A stretch of DNA of 62,831 nt, the filler included. It is 4 parts of 4 records of this genome, joined end to end, with 100 filler letters (N's around TTAATTAATTAA, not from the genome) between each part and the next. Parts side by side here need not be neighbours in the genome. Positions count along the whole stretch, not along the records: positions 55,092 to 62,831 come from SRR31156797_4806; 3 more parts are not named here. The stretch is one strand, 5' to 3'. The position numbers and the translations under genes were made by a program. The notes below the pieces were generated by a model that was not told where the DNA came from, did not search any database, and worked only from the letters and a program-made list of their open reading frames with translations. Shown here one piece after another: positions 59,407-62,831 of the stretch (positions are counted from its first letter, which is position 1; each line of letters begins with the position of its first letter).

Positions 59407-59499
59407 ACCTCATCCGCCCTTCGGGCACCTTCTCCTATTCTTAGGAGAAGGAAAAACTTTCCCCCCTCTCCTTTCACAAGGAGAGGGATGGGGTGAGGT
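59407..59499. repeat. GC-rich REP-like composite palindrome
   Basis: ACCTCATCC GCCC-TTC-GGGC, CCTTCTCCTA..TAGGAGAAGG, CCCTCTCCTT..AAGGAGAGGG, closed by GGGTGAGGT. Confidence 0.7.
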
Positions 59500-59524
59500 A
59501 TGGTTTAAAAAAGGAGAAATTAAA

Positions 59525-60334
59525 ATGAATAAAAAATTTTATATATTTGTAATAATTCAAACTTTACTTCTGTTTAGTTTTACAAATCTCAATGCCGAAA
59601 CAATGACAGCTGAAGAGATTATAGATATTACACTTGAAAGAACAGAATTAATAGGTACAGAATCAGTAAGAAGGTTAATTATTAAAGATAACAGAGGAAA
59701 TAAAAAAGAGAGAAAAATCGCATCAATAAGTAAACTCTATCCAAAAGATAATGATACTCAAAAAATGCTAATGAGATTTTTAGCTCCGGCAGATGTAAAA
59801 GGAAGTGGATTTTTAACTTATGATTATAAAACTAATCAGGATAACGATCAATGGCTGTTTTTGCCTTCACTTAGAAAAGTAAGAAAAATTGTCTCATCTG
59901 AAAAAAGTAACAGCTTTATGGGATCAGAGTTTACTTATTCTGATATCTCAAGACTTAAAAAAATTGATTTTAACTTTGAGCTAACCGGAGAAAAAACAAT
60001 CGATAGTGAACTTTGCTGGGAAATAGAGGAAACTCCTATTACAGAAGACAAAGAGGATGAATATGGCTTCTATAGAAAAGTCGTTTATATCTCGAAAAAC
60101 GACTACATTATAAGAAAAGCTCTGATTTATGATCTGGATGATGAGTTGTATAAAGAGATGAGTGTTAAAAAAATATTTAACATTGATCCAGATAATAATA
60201 AATTCGTACCTACACACATTATAATGAAAAATCTGGAAAATAACAGAGTTTCAGAATTGATTACAGATAAAATTATATTAAACAAAAACGTAAAAGATGA
60301 TTACTTTACACATAGATATCTTCAAAGAAACTAA
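59525..60334 (+). CDS. Outer membrane lipoprotein-sorting (LolA-like) protein
   Basis: 'RFLAPADVKGSGFL', 'QWLFLPSLRKVRKI' and 'SFMGSEFTYSD'. Confidence 0.8.
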   Translation: MNKKFYIFVIIQTLLLFSFTNLNAETMTAEEIIDITLERTELIGTESVRRLIIKDNRGNKKERKIASISKLYPKDNDTQKMLMRFLAPADVKGSGFLTYDYKTNQDNDQWLFLPSLRKVRKIVSSEKSNSFMGSEFTYSDISRLKKIDFNFELTGEKTIDSELCWEIEETPITEDKEDEYGFYRKVVYISKNDYIIRKALIYDLDDELYKEMSVKKIFNIDPDNNKFVPTHIIMKNLENNRVSELITDKIILNKNVKDDYFTHRYLQRN

Positions 60335-60342
60335 TTTATATT

Positions 60343-60361
60343 TTTAAACAAACGTTTGAAA
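60343..60361. promoter_or_regulatory. Second (degenerate) TetR operator copy
   Basis: TTTAAACAAACGTTTGAAA resembles 55606-55627 and lies just upstream of the tetR gene. Confidence 0.5.
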
Positions 60362-60420
60362 TAAAGTGCAAAATAATATATACTAATCCTGTAAAGTGTA
60401 ACATTTAAGGAGGATTAAAG

Positions 60421-61041
60421 ATGCCTGATAATAAAAACGCAAAAGAAAGAATACTGGAAGCAAGTATTAAGCTTTTCTCAGAACATGGATTTGATGCTGC
60501 CGGAATTAGAAAAATATCCCAGGAAGCAGATGTGAATCTTTCAATGATAAACTATTACTTCAAAACCAAAGAGGGAATTTTATTAGAACTTTCAAATATT
60601 TTTTTCGATGAAATTGAAAATAGAATGAAAAAAGCAGATCTGGCTTCACTTAATATAGAAGAGAGATTTACGAAAATTTTTGAAGTATTAACTAAATTTT
60701 TAAGAGGAAACCATGAATTATTCAAAGTAATTGTTTTTACCAACTCTACTGTTAAAATAGAATTTAACGAAATAAAAGCTAACAGGTTAAAAAAAATAAT
60801 TGCGATGGTTTATGGTCCAAATGTTGTTCAAAAATATATTGCACATGAGAATTCTGAATTTCACTTGAATATGATCGGTCCCGGAGTTGTTGGATTAGCA
60901 TTTTCACACTTCCTACTTCGAGATTTAATATCTACTATCAGCTCAAGCGATTTTGATGACAAATTTTACGAAGAGTATCCAAAAGTTATGAGTAAACTTT
61001 TCTTGCACGGAGTAAAAGATGATTTAGAAAAATTTCTATAA
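60421..61041 (+). CDS. TetR/AcrR family regulator
   Basis: 'ILEASIKLFSEHGFDAAGIRKISQEADVNLSMINYYFKTKE'. Confidence 0.9.
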   Translation: MPDNKNAKERILEASIKLFSEHGFDAAGIRKISQEADVNLSMINYYFKTKEGILLELSNIFFDEIENRMKKADLASLNIEERFTKIFEVLTKFLRGNHELFKVIVFTNSTVKIEFNEIKANRLKKIIAMVYGPNVVQKYIAHENSEFHLNMIGPGVVGLAFSHFLLRDLISTISSSDFDDKFYEEYPKVMSKLFLHGVKDDLEKFL

Positions 61042-61081
61042 ATAAACAGACGACTAACTATATAAATTTCTCAGATAACTA

Positions 61082-61112
61082 TTGACTCTCCTCTTGGAGG
61101 AGATAGTATACT
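61082..61112 (+). promoter_or_regulatory. MerR-type promoter (19-bp spacer with dyad)
   Basis: TTGACT-19 bp-TATACT with the dyad TCTCCTC-TTG-GAGGAGA. Confidence 0.85.
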
Positions 61113-61138
61113 CGTATTAGAGAAGAAGAGGAGGAAAA

Positions 61139-61951
61139 ATGTTACGGATTGGTGATTTTTCTAAAATGTCAAAACTAACAATTAAAGCTCTACGCCACTA
61201 TGATAAACTGGGGCTTCTTAAACCAGAATACGTTGATAATATCAGTGGTTATCGTTATTACAGCTATAGCCAGCTGTATATCGCATCACAAATAAACCTT
61301 TATAAAGATTTAGGTTTTTCTTTAAATGAAATTCAAGATTTACTAATTCTCTCTGAAAATTCTGTAAATTTCAAAGAGGTACTTTTTCAAAAAAAGATTG
61401 AAATCACTAACTTAATTGATACCGAATCTAAAAAACTTCTCAAGATCAACTCTTATCTAAAAGAGAATAGGGAGGAAAAAAATATGGCTAATATTGAAAT
61501 TAAAAAACTACCTGAGTCAATTGTTGCATCAATGAGGATGAGGGTAGACAGTTATAACGATTTCTTCAAAGTTGTTCCTGCAATGGGAGAAAAGATGAAA
61601 AAACATAATGCTGTTTGCGCTGAGCCGTTTTACTGTTTCAATATCTATCATTCAAATGAATATAGAGAAGAAAATATTGATGTTGAGATTTGTGAAGCAG
61701 TTATAACAAAACTGCCTGACGCCGATGGAGTTATATACAAAACAATTCCGGGCTATGAAACAGCAGCATGTATCTACCACAAAGGCCCATATAGTACTTT
61801 AGGAAAATCATATAATTTACTCTTCAAGTGGTTGGAAGAAAGTGGATATAAAATGATCGACTCACCGAGAGAATCATTTATTGATGGTATCTGGAACAAA
61901 GAGAGTGAAGAGGATTGGTTAACCGAAATACAAATACCTGTAAGTAAATAA
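61139..61951 (+). CDS. MerR family regulator with GyrI-like effector domain (BmrR-like)
   Basis: 'IGDFSKMSKLTIKALRHYDKLGLLKP...GYRYY' and the C-terminal 'HKGPY', 'TEIQIPV'. Confidence 0.9.
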   Translation: MLRIGDFSKMSKLTIKALRHYDKLGLLKPEYVDNISGYRYYSYSQLYIASQINLYKDLGFSLNEIQDLLILSENSVNFKEVLFQKKIEITNLIDTESKKLLKINSYLKENREEKNMANIEIKKLPESIVASMRMRVDSYNDFFKVVPAMGEKMKKHNAVCAEPFYCFNIYHSNEYREENIDVEICEAVITKLPDADGVIYKTIPGYETAACIYHKGPYSTLGKSYNLLFKWLEESGYKMIDSPRESFIDGIWNKESEEDWLTEIQIPVSK

Positions 61952-61952
61952 T

Positions 61953-62000
61953 AAGGAGAGGAGTTGCAACAATTTAATTTTGTCTGCTACTCCTCTCTTT
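61953..62000 (+). terminator. Terminator after merR
   Basis: AAGGAGAGGAGT.GCA...TGC.ACTCCTCTCTTT followed by a T-rich tract. Confidence 0.6.
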
Positions 62001-62064
62001 ATATTATTTTTTAATAAAATTATTAAAAAAATGATATAATGTTTTCAAATACTATATCAGGGAG

Positions 62065-62778
62065 ATGAAAATGAAAAAAATACTAATAATTATATCGATG
62101 CTTTTATCACTTATTTGTTTTGCAAATTCTGAAAGAATACTTGAAGAAAAATCGGGTAAAATTATCATGAATCTAACAACAACAATAAATGGTCAATCAT
62201 CATTTTCTAAACAAACAATGCTCTTTAGAGACTACGGTAAAAAATTATTTACTCGAACTGTTGGTAAGCAGAGTTTTGGTGGTAATGATATAAATATCGA
62301 TACAACTATTGTCTTCAAAGAGGATGAAAGTTTTGCTCTTGATAACCTAACTAAAACATACACAATTTTTGATACTGAAGACGATAACTACGAAAATCAA
62401 ATTGAGCGCATCGGTACAGGTAAATTAATTGGAAAAGAAAAAATACTAGATAAAATGTGTGAAATTAGAGAAACTATTGACGAGGATTTTACGATTACGC
62501 AATGGATATGGAAGGGAATTCCACTAAAATTAATCTCTACTAGCCATTCTGGAATAAAAACTGAAAGCATTGCTACTAAAATAGATTTACGGAATATCTC
62601 TAATGAAGAGTTTGAAATTCCTGATAATTATACTGAAGCTACTATGGATTTCGGTTTCTCAGAAGAGGGACTGGACTTAGAAAATTTTGACCTTGACGCT
62701 CTAAAGAATAGTTTTTCTGAAGAAGATATGAAAAAAGCTGAAGAGATGATGGGAGATTTTAAATCATTATTTGAATAA
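62065..62778 (+). CDS. Secreted hypothetical protein (DUF4412-like)
   Basis: Signal peptide, 'GKEKILDKMCE', 'WIWKGIPLK' and 'FEIPDNY'. Confidence 0.55.
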   Translation: MKMKKILIIISMLLSLICFANSERILEEKSGKIIMNLTTTINGQSSFSKQTMLFRDYGKKLFTRTVGKQSFGGNDINIDTTIVFKEDESFALDNLTKTYTIFDTEDDNYENQIERIGTGKLIGKEKILDKMCEIRETIDEDFTITQWIWKGIPLKLISTSHSGIKTESIATKIDLRNISNEEFEIPDNYTEATMDFGFSEEGLDLENFDLDALKNSFSEEDMKKAEEMMGDFKSLFE

Positions 62779-62831
62779 ACATAACTAATAAATTTTAGTT
62801 TATTTTTGATACATCACTTCGCTAAAAACCC

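Noticed and set aside
1-62831. CRISPR arrays, rRNA, tRNA (including tRNA-Sec), transposases, phage genes
   Set aside because: None recognised by eye. tRNAscan-SE, Infernal and a CRISPR finder would be needed to exclude them formally.

Overview
The window is four unrelated contigs joined by 100-nt artificial linkers (N-run, TTAATTAATTAA, N-run) at 28180-28279, 47573-47672 and 54992-55091. Taxonomic labels below are impressions from gene content and repeats. Contig 1 (1-28179, Desulfovibrionaceae-like) has three parts: a sigma54-driven minus-strand operon (atypical BCCT transporter, NPP/AlkP-superfamily hydrolase, DsrH/E/F-like trio, OsmC-like protein); gadC-gadB; and a ~19-kb co-oriented locus. 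That locus joins a heme-PAS/flavin-PAS kinase, a REC-PP2C phosphatase and an RsbW/STAS partner switch to an ArnEF-like flippase, a polyprenyl-P GT2, a PilZ-less cellulose-synthase-like GT2, five DUF3131-type glycoside-hydrolase-like paralogs, a probable outer-membrane protein and a sugar-binding lipoprotein. It is the best candidate for an undescribed system, inferred to be a redox-controlled beta-glucan synthesis machine. Its first DUF3131 gene is frameshifted by an 11-bp tandem duplication. Contig 2 (28280-47572, Desulfocapsaceae-like) is mostly housekeeping: two acyl-CoA ligases, selB, mrp, hsp20-lon-ftsY and cdaA-cdaR-glmM, plus a MITE-like element and a 100-nt hairpin. Contig 3 (47673-54991) has a peptide-type ABC fragment, a TetR, a probable (R)-selective amine transaminase and a truncated REC-PAS protein. 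Contig 4 (55092-62831, very AT-rich) has a TetR-linked OM protein/MMPL/LolA-like cluster and a MerR gene with a textbook MerR promoter. All family calls come from motif recognition by eye; no database searches were run.
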